Positions 42,486 to 53,113 of a stretch of 64,000 nt of DNA are shown here, piece by piece. How positions within the stretch are numbered: position 1 is the stretch's first letter; every line of letters starts with the position of its first letter. The position numbers and the translations under genes are program-made. The DNA lies in contig JAPPPQ010000015.1 in the NCBI GenBank assembly GCA_028817435.1, forward strand, positions 89,227 through 153,226, given 5' to 3'. The notes under the pieces were generated by a model. It was not told the DNA's origin. It searched no databases and saw only the letters and a program-made list of their open reading frames with translations. Source of the DNA: Deltaproteobacteria bacterium. GTDB lineage: Bacteria > Myxococcota_A > UBA9160 > UBA6930.

Positions 42486-43040
42486 CTAGTTTACGCCCCG
42501 GGTGGTAACCAGCGTTCCCGGGTTGATGCCGAGGCTGCGCAGCGCCTGCTCCCACAGGTTTTCCAGCGGCGCGTCGAAGACCAGCCGCTTGTCGGCGGGC
42601 ACCACCAGCCACGAGCCTTCGGCAATCTCGCGCTCCAGTTGGCCGGGGCCCCAGCCCGCGTAGCCCAAAAAGACGCGGGAGCGCAGCGAGGGCGCTTCGG
42701 CAATGCGCCGCAGCGCCTCCTTCGAGCGGCTCCAATGCAATCCGGGCAGCAACTCCACAGAGTCGATGCCCTGCGCGCCCTCATCGCCCAGAAGCACCCA
42801 GCCGGTGTCCTCGCCCACAGGGCCGCCCCAATCCACGCAGGTGTCGTCGTCGCCGCGCCAGGCCAGCTCCAGGTTGGCGCAGAGCTGCTCCATGCCGTAA
42901 TCGGTGCTGCGGTTGACGATCAGGCCGAGTGCGCCGTCCTCTTCGTCGTGCCGCAGCATCAACACCACGGCGCGGCGGAAGTTCGGTTCGGCGATGACAT
43001 CCATCGCCACGAGCAGGGCGGGGGCGAGTTGGCTGGCCAC
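42486..43040 (-). CDS. YqgE/AlgH family protein (UPF0301)
   Basis: LLVAMDVIAEPNFRRAVVLMLRHDEEDGALGLIVNR ... VFLGYAGWGPGQLEREI. GTG start at 43040. The 510-aa track ORF was trimmed. Confidence 0.8.
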   Translation of the reverse strand: MASQLAPALLVAMDVIAEPNFRRAVVLMLRHDEEDGALGLIVNRSTDYGMEQLCANLELAWRGDDDTCVDWGGPVGEDTGWVLLGDEGAQGIDSVELLPGLHWSRSKEALRRIAEAPSLRSRVFLGYAGWGPGQLEREIAEGSWLVVPADKRLVFDAPLENLWEQALRSLGINPGTLVTTRGVN

Positions 43041-43088
43041 GGGCGGCAGCGTAGCACCCGGAGCGGCGCCTCCCCCTATACTTTTGAG

Positions 43089-43970
43089 GTGGCGGCGCGG
43101 TGGAAGGAATGGGCGGGGCGGCTCGCCCGTCCGGGGGGCGCAAGCTGCGCGGGCCGCGCGCTGCTGCTGGCCGGGGCGCTGGCGCTGCCCGTGGCGCCGA
43201 TTTTCCTGCCCACCCCCGCGCCCCTTCCCCAGGGCGTGGAGATTGCCCCCGAGGCGCTGCGGCGCTTGCTGCTGCTGGCGCTGCTGCAGAGCCTGGCGCT
43301 GGCCTTCCTGGCGCTGGCCTGCGCGCGCTTTGACGGGCGGGGCCTGCGCGCCGGGCTCGGCCTGCGGCGCGGGCGGCTCGGCCCCGCCGATGTGGGGCTG
43401 CTGATCCTCGGCATGGCCGCCCTTTCCCATGGCCTGGACCGCGCCCTGGCGCTCGCCGCCCCGGAGCCGGGCGCGTCCCTCTCTTTGCTGAACGAGCTGT
43501 TGCGCGCGGCGCGGGACGGCGGGGGAGAGGCGGTGGCGCTGGCGGTGCTGGCCATTGGCATTGCGCCGGGGGTGTGCGAGGAGCTGTTGTTTCGGGGCGC
43601 GCTGCAGCGCTGGCTGCAGCGCAAGCTGGCCGCGCAAGGGGCGCGCGGCGCGGCGGGCTTGGCGGTTGTTTGCAGCGCGGCCGTCTTTGGCGCGCTGCAT
43701 TGGGATCCCATTCACGCCCCGCTGGCGTTTTTGCTGGGGCTTTATCTGGGCGCGGCCGCGCTGCTTTCGGGAGAGGTGTGGACTCCCATCGCCTGCCACA
43801 TGGCGAACAATCTGCTGGCCGTGGCGGCGGGGCTTTGGCTGCCGTCCGCGCTGCCCGCCGCCGCGCCGCCCGCGGAAAGCGCGAGCGCCCTTGCCGCCGC
43901 CTGCAGTTTTCTGCTCTGCATTGCCTGCCTGGTTTGGGTTATGCGGCGGGCGCGGCCCACGAACAGATAG
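43089..43970 (+). CDS. CPBP family intramembrane glutamic endopeptidase (CAAX protease/Abi)
   Basis: Motifs EELLFRG, FGALH and HMANN in a polytopic membrane protein. The GTG start is approximate. Confidence 0.8.
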   Translation: MAARWKEWAGRLARPGGASCAGRALLLAGALALPVAPIFLPTPAPLPQGVEIAPEALRRLLLLALLQSLALAFLALACARFDGRGLRAGLGLRRGRLGPADVGLLILGMAALSHGLDRALALAAPEPGASLSLLNELLRAARDGGGEAVALAVLAIGIAPGVCEELLFRGALQRWLQRKLAAQGARGAAGLAVVCSAAVFGALHWDPIHAPLAFLLGLYLGAAALLSGEVWTPIACHMANNLLAVAAGLWLPSALPAAAPPAESASALAAACSFLLCIACLVWVMRRARPTNR

Positions 43971-44580
43971 GGCAATCGGCGGCGCGATGGCCGCGGGCGG
44001 GGCAGTGTGCGCGGCCAAAGTAGATGATCTGCAGGTGCAGCCGCCCCCAGCTTTCGGGGGGCCACAGCGCTTTCAAATCGCGCTCGGTCTGCACAACGCT
44101 GCGGCCGCTGCTGAGCCCCCAGCGCGCGGCCAGGCGGTGAATGTGCGTATCCACCGGGAAGGCGGGGTGCCCGAAACCCTGGCACATCACCACGCTGGCG
44201 CTCTTGTGGCCCACGCCGGGCAGAGCTTCCAGCTCCGCAAAGCTTTCGGGCACCTCGCCGCCGTGCTGCGCGACAATTTGCGCCGAAAGCGCGCGCAAAT
44301 TTTTCGCCTTGGTGGGAGCGAGTCCGCAACTGCGGATGAGGCTGCGGATGCGCGGCACCGGCGTGCGCGCCATGGCCTGCGCCGTGGGCGCGGCGGCGAA
44401 GAGTCCCGGCGTTACCTGGTTCACGCGCTCATCGGTGCACTGCGCCGAAAGCACCACCGCCACCAGAAGCTGAAAGGGATCGCCGTGCCGCAGCGGCGGC
44501 GGCGCTTGCGGAAACAACCGGTCGAGGATGGCGCGAATGCGCTTCGCCTTGGCGGCCCGCGCGCGGCTCGGCTTCGCCAT
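43939..44580 (-). CDS. nth: endonuclease III
   Basis: HhH-GPD (LPGVGHKSASVV, DTHIHR) and a C-terminal Fe-S cysteine cluster (CPARGHRAADCPIC). Confidence 0.9.
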   Translation of the reverse strand: MAKPSRARAAKAKRIRAILDRLFPQAPPPLRHGDPFQLLVAVVLSAQCTDERVNQVTPGLFAAAPTAQAMARTPVPRIRSLIRSCGLAPTKAKNLRALSAQIVAQHGGEVPESFAELEALPGVGHKSASVVMCQGFGHPAFPVDTHIHRLAARWGLSSGRSVVQTERDLKALWPPESWGRLHLQIIYFGRAHCPARGHRAADCPICSWAAPAA

Positions 44581-44646
44581 TGCCGCGCAGCATAACGCGG
44601 TGCGGCGCGCTATTCTGGCCCGGCCCAACGCGGAGGAACAAACCAA

Positions 44647-45792
44647 ATGTCTGGCCCCCTTACCGGAATCAAGGCGCTGGAAATCGCGGGCATTGGCCCC
44701 GGGCCGTTTTGCGCCATGCTGCTGGCCGATCTGGGCGCAGATGTGCTGCGCCTGGACCGCGCCGCCTCGGTGCGCGGCACTGCGCCGGAAACGCCGTCGC
44801 TGGATCTGCTGGCCAGGGGACGCCGCAGCGCGGGGGTGGATTTGAAGCACCCCGACGGCGTCGCCACCGTGCTGCGCCTGGCCGAAAGCGCCGATGTGCT
44901 CATGGAAGGCTTCCGCCCCGGCGTGATGGAGCGGCTCGGACTCGGCCCCGAGGTGTGCATGGCGCGCAACCCCGGACTCATCTACGCGCGCATGACCGGC
45001 TGGGGACAATCCGGGCCGCTGGCATCTGCCGCGGGTCACGACATCAATTACATTGCGCTGGCCGGCTGCCTCGCGCATTTGGGGCGCGAAGGGCAGAAGC
45101 CGACGCCGCCCATCAACCTGGTCGGCGATTTTGGCGGCGGCGGCATGCTGCAGGCGCTGGGCATTGCCTGCGCGCTGGTTTCCCGCGCGCAAACCGGCAA
45201 GGGGCAGGTGGTGGATACCGCCATGGTGGACGGCACCGCGCTGCTGATGACCTTCGTCCACGGCTACTACCGCGCCATGGGCTGGAGCGACGCGCGCGGC
45301 ACCAATCTGATTGACACCGGCGCGCACTTCTACGAAACCTATGAGTGCAGCGACGGCGAATTTATTTCGCTGGGCGCCATTGAGCCGCAGTTTTACGCAG
45401 AGCTGCTGAAGCTGGTGGGGCTGGAAGGCGAGGAACTGCCGCCGCAGATGGACCGCAATCACTGGCCCGCCATGCGCGAGCGGCTCGCCGGCATTTTCCG
45501 CACCAAGAGCCGCAGCGAGTGGTGCGAGATTATGGAGGGCAGCGACGCCTGCTTCGCCCCCGTGCTGCGCCTGGACGAAGCCTACGACCACCCGCACAAC
45601 CGCGCGCGCGAAACCTTCGTCGAGGTGGCCGGCATTCAGCAGCCCGCCCCCGCCCCCCGCTTCAGCCACACCCCCGGCGAGATTCGCCGCCCGCCCCCCC
45701 ACCCCGGCCAGCACACCGACGAAGCCCTCGCCGACTGGGGCCTCCCCCCCGCCGAAATCGCCACCCTCCGCCAATCCGGCGCGATTGCGTGA
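44647..45792 (+). CDS. CaiB/BaiF family III CoA-transferase (alpha-methylacyl-CoA racemase-like)
   Basis: N-terminus GPLTGIKALEIAGIGPGPFCAMLLADLGADVLRLDR is typical of the family. Confidence 0.85.
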   Translation: MSGPLTGIKALEIAGIGPGPFCAMLLADLGADVLRLDRAASVRGTAPETPSLDLLARGRRSAGVDLKHPDGVATVLRLAESADVLMEGFRPGVMERLGLGPEVCMARNPGLIYARMTGWGQSGPLASAAGHDINYIALAGCLAHLGREGQKPTPPINLVGDFGGGGMLQALGIACALVSRAQTGKGQVVDTAMVDGTALLMTFVHGYYRAMGWSDARGTNLIDTGAHFYETYECSDGEFISLGAIEPQFYAELLKLVGLEGEELPPQMDRNHWPAMRERLAGIFRTKSRSEWCEIMEGSDACFAPVLRLDEAYDHPHNRARETFVEVAGIQQPAPAPRFSHTPGEIRRPPPHPGQHTDEALADWGLPPAEIATLRQSGAIA

Positions 45793-45834
45793 CATTCTGG
45801 CAATTTCTTCAGAAGCGGATACCTGGATTTCCTG

Positions 45835-46434
45835 CTACTGTCGTCCAGCTGACCATTTCGGTTGCTGATGCATTTTCCTGTTATCCGAATTCCATTCCTG
45901 CTTCAATTTGCAAGGCAATTCGTAGATATCAATGAGCGTGGCTTCTGTGGCGATATATCCCCGATCCTCTTTACTCATTGTGAACAATGCGACGAGGTGT
46001 CGTGCTTCCTTATTCACTTTTGCGGTTTTGATATCGTCAGGTTGTGACAAATAGAAAGTCCTCATGCCCTGATTCTTGCGAAGCGCATTTGCCGATTTGC
46101 ATTCGATATATGTGAATCTCCCGTATTTGTCGGTCAACAAAATGTCAGGGTATCCAGAGGACTGCTTCTTCCCGATCCTGTTGCGGGGAATTTCGGCCGT
46201 GTATCCGCGCAAAGCGCTGAGAGAATTTCGGATGGGCTCCTCTATGAGATTTCCAACCTCATTCGGTCTTGCCGATTGTATGGGATTCCCGTCTATCGTA
46301 TGTCGAGCGCGATCAAGGGCTTCTAATATGTCCCTGACGAGCTCCGCGTCTTTGGGGTAATTGGTGTTGATCTTGAGGACCGTTTTCCCAAAAATAAACT
46401 CGATGACTTGGTGAAGGGGCACTTCATTGCTCAT
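45835..46434 (-). CDS. Type II restriction endonuclease candidate (PD-(D/E)xK)
   Basis: GYPDILLTD...RFTYIECKS fits P-D...E-x-K. The ATG lies 1 nt after the methyltransferase stop. About 44% G+C by hand count over 45901-46020. Confidence 0.65.
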   Translation of the reverse strand: MSNEVPLHQVIEFIFGKTVLKINTNYPKDAELVRDILEALDRARHTIDGNPIQSARPNEVGNLIEEPIRNSLSALRGYTAEIPRNRIGKKQSSGYPDILLTDKYGRFTYIECKSANALRKNQGMRTFYLSQPDDIKTAKVNKEARHLVALFTMSKEDRGYIATEATLIDIYELPCKLKQEWNSDNRKMHQQPKWSAGRQ

Positions 46435-46435
46435 G

Positions 46436-47551
46436 CTAGATTTTCCTCAGTAGAACGATTCTGTTGGTGTTCGTTCCCTTTTTGTTGTTTTTGACTTTCC
46501 AGCAATTTGCGGTTTTCGTGAATTTTTGCTTGTTGATGTAGATTTTCTCCACTTCAAGGCCGATCTTTCCCGCCGCTCTGACGACGCCTTCATCGAGCAA
46601 GATTTTGCCACCATGAATGTCGCCAACTTCGAATGCGATGCGCCCTCTAGGCGCTGTGATTCGCTGAAGCTCCATGAGGGTGTCTTGGACAAAGGCCTCC
46701 CAGTTCTCTCGCCTTCGGTGCTGAGCGAATTGAATTCGCTTCGGGTTGATGCCGGCAAACCAGCATCTCAGCCAATTGTCCTTGGCGTAATCCGTCACGC
46801 TCATGAATGGCGGTGATGTTACGGTCAGATCAATTGAATCGTCAGGAATCCAGTGAAGGCAATGGGAGCTTGAGCACTTAAGAAGTGCTTCATGCTCCAT
46901 TTCCGGAACAGGCAAACGGAGAAGACTCTTGGTTTTCCGGAGAATAATCCTGTTGACATCTTTCATCTCTGGCTTTTTCCGGTTTTTGGAATTGAGCTTC
47001 GCCTGCGTCTCCACCGAGACTGCCTGGTTGGGCGGCATGGTTCGAACGGAGAAAAAGCCCGGTGAATGCCCGCTCATTCTGTTGAGACAGATCATTCGGA
47101 TCCAGTCATCTACCAAGTCAAGTGCGCCTTCTTTCTCCCTTTTTCGCAGCCATTTTCTGATTGAGATAATGTGTTTCAAGACTTCCGGGTGGTAAAAAAC
47201 GAGCAATTTGTGGGAATTTGCGCCGATGACGCCATTGCGCGGGATTTCTCCGAGCCTTGCCGCAATGGATTCTATCGCAGGCGGTTGAAGCCGAGGGCGC
47301 GTGAGCATAACCGACAGCGGATTGATATCGCTACCAATTGCCCTGCGCCCCATCATGGCCGCTTCAATGGGTGTGGTCCCCCGCCCCATAAAGGGATCAA
47401 AAACAGCTTCTCCCTGCTTGCTGAATTGACTGATGAAGAAATTTGGCAATTGCGGCTTGAAACATGCCCGGTAACTGATCTCGTGAATGCTGTGGCACTG
47501 CCTCTGCTTTGAGGTCCACAATTCCCCAGTGATGCATTTAGGGTGTCTCAT
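46436..47551 (-). CDS. DNA methyltransferase (N6-A/N4-C, SPPF type), cognate of the adjacent endonuclease
   Basis: FDPFMGRGTT (motif I) and VTSPPF (motif IV). GGAGGAATCCCGA then ATG 47551. The 749-aa track ORF was trimmed. Confidence 0.85.
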   Translation of the reverse strand: MRHPKCITGELWTSKQRQCHSIHEISYRACFKPQLPNFFISQFSKQGEAVFDPFMGRGTTPIEAAMMGRRAIGSDINPLSVMLTRPRLQPPAIESIAARLGEIPRNGVIGANSHKLLVFYHPEVLKHIISIRKWLRKREKEGALDLVDDWIRMICLNRMSGHSPGFFSVRTMPPNQAVSVETQAKLNSKNRKKPEMKDVNRIILRKTKSLLRLPVPEMEHEALLKCSSSHCLHWIPDDSIDLTVTSPPFMSVTDYAKDNWLRCWFAGINPKRIQFAQHRRRENWEAFVQDTLMELQRITAPRGRIAFEVGDIHGGKILLDEGVVRAAGKIGLEVEKIYINKQKFTKTANCWKVKNNKKGTNTNRIVLLRKI

Positions 47552-47610
47552 TCGGGATTCCTCCGCCGAGTCTCCGATGATACACGCCTTTGGCCTTTGC
47601 GCCAGCCAAT

Positions 47611-48216
47611 TCACACCGGGGCGGAATCGGTGGGTTGGGGGAGATGGGCGGTGCAGTTGAAGAGGGTGGCGCGCCAGGGCGGGCCTTCGAGAATGCTGAC
47701 GCCGGTGTTGCGCCAGGGCGGGGCGCTGCCGCTGGCGTTTGGCGCGGGGGGCGCGTGGCGCTCCAGCAGCACGGCGCAGACCATGCCGTGGGTGATGATG
47801 GCGAGATCGCCGGGCGTTTCGGCGGCGAAATCGAGAGTGCGGCGCCAGGCGCGGGCGACGCGGGCGCGGAACTGCGGCCAGCTTTCGCCGCCGGGGGGGG
47901 CGTAGTCCTCGCCGAAGGGCGCGATGCCTTCGGCGCGCAGCTCGGCGTAACTGCGCCCGCGCAACGCGCCGAAGTGGCGCTCGCGCAACAGCGGCTCGCT
48001 GCATAGCTCTGCGCCGGTGGCGCGCAACACGGGTTGCGCCGTCGCCTGCGCCCGCGCGTAATCGCTGGCGAGCACCCGCGCCACGCTCAGCCCGGCAAAG
48101 CGTTCGCCCAGCCGCTGCGCCTGCTCGCGCCCCCGCGCCGAAAGCTCTGCAGAGGGCCACTGCACCACCCCCGCCGCATTCGATTCCGTCTCGCCGTGCC
48201 GCACCAGGTAAATCAC
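47611..48216 (-). CDS. histidine phosphatase family protein (phosphoglycerate-mutase-like)
   Basis: [12 protein letters not shown] catalytic motif. The GTG start overlaps the esterase stop (GTGA). Confidence 0.8.
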   Translation of the reverse strand: MIYLVRHGETESNAAGVVQWPSAELSARGREQAQRLGERFAGLSVARVLASDYARAQATAQPVLRATGAELCSEPLLRERHFGALRGRSYAELRAEGIAPFGEDYAPPGGESWPQFRARVARAWRRTLDFAAETPGDLAIITHGMVCAVLLERHAPPAPNASGSAPPWRNTGVSILEGPPWRATLFNCTAHLPQPTDSAPV

Positions 48217-49730
48217 GGAGACAGGCTGCCGTAGTTGCGGGCGGCCCAGAAGCCGCGCAGCGATTCGGGGTTGGCGTCTTCGGCTTCGGGGGGGCCGAAG
48301 GTGTGCGGGTTTTGCTGCAGGCCGGTGGCGGGGCGCCAGTTGGATTCGCCGGGTGCGCCGTGTTGCGCGAAGGCGAGCCAGTTGTGCTGCATTTCCCGCG
48401 AAACGCCGGCGGCGCCCATGAAGAAAGGGCGCAGCAAAGTGTTGCGCCAGGTGCCGAACACCAGCGCGAGTTCCAGCGCGTGGCACGCGCCGAAGCGGCG
48501 CAGCGGCGGCGTGTGGGCCGACCATGTGAAGCGGTAGGTGTAGGTATCGGCGCGGCGCGATTGCAGATCGGCGAGGCGCTCGGCGGGCGCGCGGAAGATG
48601 CGGTCGGTCTGAAAGCGGCTCCAGCGGCGGCGCGGCGTGCTGTTTGGCATGGCGGCGCGGTAAAGGCCGTGGGCTTCCTCTGCATCGCCGGGAGAAAGCA
48701 ATCGCGCGAGCCGCCGCTGCAGCATGGCCTCGTCCATGTTGCGGCCGCTGCGGTCGCCGATCAGAAACATATTCCACTCGTCGCGGTTCACGCCGATCAG
48801 CAGCGGCACGGCGTGGCCGCGCCCGGATTCGATGAGCTCCAGAGTCGTGGCGGGCAGCAGGTCGCCATCTTGCGCGGGTTGCCAAGGCAGGCCGGGGTGC
48901 TGCAGTCCGAGCTTCAGGCTGCTGCGAAGCTGCGCGCGCAACAGCACCCGCAGCGGCGCTTCGCGCAGCCGTGCGGCCTGCGCTGCGGGAACGCCCAGCT
49001 CTTCCAGAAAGGTGTGCGCGACGAGCTGTGCAGATTCGGGGCCCGAGCAATTGTGGGCCGCGCCGCTCTGGGCAATGGCGCGCTGGAAGAGTCCGGCGGC
49101 GCGCGGCATGGCGAGCAGTGTGGCGACGCTCATGGCCCCCGCCGATTCGCCGAAGATGGTCACATTCTGCGGATCGCCGCCGAATGCCTCGGCGTTCTCG
49201 CGCACCCAATGCAGCGCGGCGAGCTGGTCATGCATTCCGCAGTTGGCGGCCAGGTCCGCGCCGGGGGCGAGATCGCCCAGCGCCAAAAAGCCCAGCGCGC
49301 CGAGGCGGTAATTGATGCTCACCACCACGGCGTCGCCCGCGGCGGCGAGGCGGCGGCCGTCGTAGAGGCCGGCGCTGCTTGCGCCCAGCACGAATGCGCC
49401 GCCGTGAATCCAGACCAGCACAGGCCGCCTAGCGCCGGGCCGCGCGGGCGTCCAGACATTCAGCGTGAGGCAGTCCTCTGCGTTGTTGTCGACGCCGCCG
49501 AGCAGCCGCCAGAGCGGCCGGGGCAGCGCTCTCGGCTGCTGCGGCGCGGTGGGCCCAAAGCCGAGGGCGTCGCGCACGCCGCTCCAGGGCTCGGGCGGCG
49601 CGGGGGGGCGCCAGCGCCTTTCCGCCACGGGCGGCGCGGCGTAGGGAATGCCGCAAAAAGCCAGCACGCCGCGCTGCTCGCGCCCGCGAATCTTTCCGCA
49701 ATGGGTCTCGACGACGGCATTCGCACTCAA
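48213..49730 (-). CDS. carboxylesterase/lipase family (type B) protein
   Basis: LNVWTP, WIHGGAF, nucleophile elbow FGESAGA. Confidence 0.85.
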   Translation of the reverse strand: MSANAVVETHCGKIRGREQRGVLAFCGIPYAAPPVAERRWRPPAPPEPWSGVRDALGFGPTAPQQPRALPRPLWRLLGGVDNNAEDCLTLNVWTPARPGARRPVLVWIHGGAFVLGASSAGLYDGRRLAAAGDAVVVSINYRLGALGFLALGDLAPGADLAANCGMHDQLAALHWVRENAEAFGGDPQNVTIFGESAGAMSVATLLAMPRAAGLFQRAIAQSGAAHNCSGPESAQLVAHTFLEELGVPAAQAARLREAPLRVLLRAQLRSSLKLGLQHPGLPWQPAQDGDLLPATTLELIESGRGHAVPLLIGVNRDEWNMFLIGDRSGRNMDEAMLQRRLARLLSPGDAEEAHGLYRAAMPNSTPRRRWSRFQTDRIFRAPAERLADLQSRRADTYTYRFTWSAHTPPLRRFGACHALELALVFGTWRNTLLRPFFMGAAGVSREMQHNWLAFAQHGAPGESNWRPATGLQQNPHTFGPPEAEDANPESLRGFWAARNYGSLSP

Positions 49731-49848
49731 TTTTCGCTACAAACCCCGCTGCAATCCGCTGAATCGCAGCCGCAGCGTAGCAGCCGCGCGCCCTCTGCCC
49801 AACCGCCCGCGTGCGCCCGGCCGCGGCCCGCGCCCAAACGAGACGCCG

Positions 49849-50934
49849 ATGAGTGAGCGCCCCTACAATTTCTCCGCCGGCCCGGCGGTGCTGCCCCCCG
49901 AGGTGCTGCAAGAAGCGCGCGGGGCGCTGCTCGATCTGGACGGCAGCGGCATCGGCGTGCTGGAGCACAGCCACCGGGGCGAGGTTTTTCGCCGCGTGCT
50001 GGCCGAGGCCGAAGCCGCGTGCCGCGCGCTGGCAAACATTCCCGAAGATTACGCCGTGCTGTTTCTGCAGGGCGGCGCTGCCACGCAGTTTCATATGCTG
50101 CCCGCCAACTTTCTGCCCGAAGACGGCGTGGCCGATTACCTGGTGACGGGCGCATGGTCGAAGAAGGCGCTGGCCGAGGCGCGCCATTACGGCGCAGTGC
50201 ACATCGCGGCGAGCGGAGCAAAGGGCGGCTTCCGCGAAATTCCCGGCGCTGCCGAAATCGCCTGCTCTGCCGCGCCGTCCTATGTGCATTTCACCTCCAA
50301 CAACACCATCTACGGAACGCAGTGGGCGCGCGAACCCGAGCCGCCGGAATCGAGTTGGCTGGCCTGCGATGCATCGAGCGATGTTTTTTCGCGGCCCATC
50401 GAAATTGCGCGCTACGGGTTGCTCTACGCCGGTGCGCAAAAGAACCTGGGGCCGGCGGGCGTTACGCTGGTGGTGCTGCGCCGCGCGCTGCTGCAGCGCG
50501 CGGTGCGCGAGCTGCCCGCCATGCTGCGCTACGCGCTGCACGCCGAAAACAACTCGCTCTACAACACGCCCCCCGCCTTTGGCATTTATGTAATGGGCCG
50601 GGTCTTCGCCTGGCTGCAGCGGCAGGGCGGCCTTGCCGAAATGGCGCGGCGCAATGCCGAAAAAGCGCAGATCGTCTATGCGGCCATGGAGGGCGATTTC
50701 TACCGCGCCGTGGCGCACCCCAATTCCCGCTCGCACATGAACGCGGTGTTTCGCACGCCCAGCGCCGAACTCGATTCCCGCTTCGTCCAGGAAGCCGAAG
50801 CCGCCGGGCTGCGCGGCCTGCGCGGACACCGCTCGGTGGGCGGAATGCGCGCCAGTCTCTACAACGCCTTCCCCCGCGCGGGCTGCCTGGCGCTGGCCGA
50901 ATTTATGCGCGATTTCGCCCGCCGCGCTGGATGA
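49849..50934 (+). CDS. serC: phosphoserine aminotransferase
   Basis: YNFSAGPAVLP, FLQGGAATQF, KNLGPAGVT and GGMRASLYNA motifs. Confidence 0.9.
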   Translation: MSERPYNFSAGPAVLPPEVLQEARGALLDLDGSGIGVLEHSHRGEVFRRVLAEAEAACRALANIPEDYAVLFLQGGAATQFHMLPANFLPEDGVADYLVTGAWSKKALAEARHYGAVHIAASGAKGGFREIPGAAEIACSAAPSYVHFTSNNTIYGTQWAREPEPPESSWLACDASSDVFSRPIEIARYGLLYAGAQKNLGPAGVTLVVLRRALLQRAVRELPAMLRYALHAENNSLYNTPPAFGIYVMGRVFAWLQRQGGLAEMARRNAEKAQIVYAAMEGDFYRAVAHPNSRSHMNAVFRTPSAELDSRFVQEAEAAGLRGLRGHRSVGGMRASLYNAFPRAGCLALAEFMRDFARRAG

Positions 50935-50947
50935 AAGGGTTGCCCGG

Positions 50948-53113
50948 GTGAAGGCGGAGCAACCGGTCACGCGCGCCGCGCCCGCGCCGCTGGACGGCGC
51001 GCCCGCACTGACGCGGGAAGCCGATGCGCTGCGCCGCGCGGGTGCCGCTGCGCCGGATGCAATGCTCGGCCGCTTCCGGCGCTGGCTGCGCGGCACGGGC
51101 ATAGCGCCCTGGCCTCACCAAGAGCGCGCGCTCTCCGAACTCTTTGCCGAGCGCCATGTGGTGCTGCAATCGCCCACCGGCAGCGGCAAATCGCTGGTGG
51201 CGTTGGGGCTGCACTTCAAGGCGCTCTGCGAGGGGCGGCGCTCCATTTACACCGCGCCGATCAAGGCGCTGGTATCGGAGAAGTTCTTTCAGCTCTGCGA
51301 TATTTTCGGCGCAGCACGCGTGGGTATGCTCACCGGCGACGCCAGCATCAACCGCAGCGCCCCGGTAATTTGCTGCACCCAGGAAGTGCTGGCCAACATG
51401 GCGCTGCGCGAAGGCCCGCACTGCAATGCGCCCTACGCCGTGCTGGACGAGTTTCACTACTACGGCGACCGCGAGCGCGGCCACGCATGGCAAGCGCCGC
51501 TGCTCGCGCTTCCCAACACCGCTTTTCTGCTGATGTCCGCCACCCTCGGCGACACCACCGCCATTGAGCAGCGCCTGCGCGCGTTCAGCGGCCGCGCGGT
51601 TTCGCATGTGCACTCGGAGCAGCGCCCCGTTCCGCTGGATTTCGATTACCGCGAAACGCCGCTGCACGAAACCGTCGAGGCGCTGCTCGATGAGAAGCGC
51701 GCGCCAATTTATCTGGTGAGCTTCACCCAGCGCGAAGCGGCGCAGACGGCCAGCGCGCTCACCAGCGCCCGTGTGGCCAGCCCCGGACAGCGCAACGCAA
51801 TTGCCGCCGCGCTGCAGGGCTTTCGCTTCGATTCGCCCTACGGCCGCGAGGTGCGGCGCATTCTCTCTCACGGCGTGGGTTTGCACCACGCGGGGCTGTT
51901 GCCCAAGTATCGGCTGCTGGTCGAGCAGCTCGCGCAGCGGGGGCTGCTGCGGGTCATTTCCGGCACCGACACGCTGGGCGTCGGCGTCAACATTCCAATT
52001 CGCAGCGTGCTGTTCACGCGGCTCTTCAAGTTCGACGGCGAAAAGTTCCGGCTGCTGCAGGTGCGCGAGTTCAAGCAGATTGCGGGCCGCGCGGGGCGGC
52101 AGGGCTTTGACCGGCGCGGCAGTGTTATTTGCCAGGCGCCGGCCCATGCCACGCGCAGCCGCAGGCGGCGCAGGTTTCCGCCGCGCGCGCGCCGCCGCGC
52201 CGCGCCGGGGCGCAGCGAAGGCGCATGGGATCGCCGCACTTTTGCAAAGCTCATCAAGAGCCCGCCCGAATCGCTGGTTTCGCAGTTTCGCATTACCCAC
52301 GGCATGCTGGTGGATGTCCTGCAGCGCGATGCATCGGCAGAGCGGCGCGGCGGCTACGGCGCGCTGGCCGCGATGATTGGGCGCTGCCACGAACCCGCCG
52401 CGCGCAAGCGGCGGCTGCTGCGCGAAGCCGCGGAATTGTTCCGCAGCCTGCGCCGCGCCGGCGTCATTGCGGTGCGCGCGGGCCGGGTGCATGTGGCGGA
52501 GGAACTGCGGCGCGATTTCTCCATGCATCAGACTCTTGCGCTCTATCTCTTCGAAACCTGCGCGCGCCTCAATTCCCGCGCCCCCGGTTATCCGCTGCAG
52601 GTGCTGAGCTGCATTGAGGCGGTGCTGCCGAACCCCGAGGCCATTTTGCGCCAGCAAGTGCGCGTGCTGCGCGACGAGTTGCGCGCGCGGCTGCGCGCAA
52701 AGGGCGTCCCCTACCGCGAGCGCAACGCGCGCTTGGCGCGGGTTTCGCACGCCGTGCCCGATCCCGCCTTGCTGGCATTTCTCTCGCGGGGTTTCCGCAG
52801 CTTTGCCGCGCAGCATCCATGGGTGAGCCGCGAAAATCTGCATCCCAAGGCCATTGCCCGGGAAATGATTGAGCGCGGAATGAGTTTTCACGATGTGGTG
52901 CGCCGCTATCGGCTGCAGCGCATGGAGGGAACCCTGCTGCGCTATCTGGGCGAAGTGCTCACCACGCTGGCCCGCAGCGTTCCGCAGCTCGCCGAAAGCA
53001 CCGCGCTGCAGGAAATGCTGCGCGGGCTGCGCGATATGCTGCGCCGGGTCGACAGCAGCCTGCTGCGCGAATGGGAGAATCTGGTGGCGGAAGCGCCCGG
53101 CCGGCGGCGCTGA
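50948..53113 (+). CDS. Ski2-like DEAD/DEAH-box helicase (DUF3516-type C-terminus)
   Basis: Walker A SPTGSGKS, DEFH box, SAT, HHAGLLP, GTDTLGVGVN, QIAGRAGRQG. Confidence 0.85.
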   Translation: MKAEQPVTRAAPAPLDGAPALTREADALRRAGAAAPDAMLGRFRRWLRGTGIAPWPHQERALSELFAERHVVLQSPTGSGKSLVALGLHFKALCEGRRSIYTAPIKALVSEKFFQLCDIFGAARVGMLTGDASINRSAPVICCTQEVLANMALREGPHCNAPYAVLDEFHYYGDRERGHAWQAPLLALPNTAFLLMSATLGDTTAIEQRLRAFSGRAVSHVHSEQRPVPLDFDYRETPLHETVEALLDEKRAPIYLVSFTQREAAQTASALTSARVASPGQRNAIAAALQGFRFDSPYGREVRRILSHGVGLHHAGLLPKYRLLVEQLAQRGLLRVISGTDTLGVGVNIPIRSVLFTRLFKFDGEKFRLLQVREFKQIAGRAGRQGFDRRGSVICQAPAHATRSRRRRRFPPRARRRAAPGRSEGAWDRRTFAKLIKSPPESLVSQFRITHGMLVDVLQRDASAERRGGYGALAAMIGRCHEPAARKRRLLREAAELFRSLRRAGVIAVRAGRVHVAEELRRDFSMHQTLALYLFETCARLNSRAPGYPLQVLSCIEAVLPNPEAILRQQVRVLRDELRARLRAKGVPYRERNARLARVSHAVPDPALLAFLSRGFRSFAAQHPWVSRENLHPKAIAREMIERGMSFHDVVRRYRLQRMEGTLLRYLGEVLTTLARSVPQLAESTALQEMLRGLRDMLRRVDSSLLREWENLVAEAPGRRR

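Noticed and set aside
47493-47508. Good sigma54 promoter match TGGCACtgcctCTGCT, of interest because an enhancer-binding protein is encoded in the window
   Set aside because: It lies inside the methyltransferase coding region on the opposite strand, and only antisense or convergent genes lie downstream. It is most likely a chance match.
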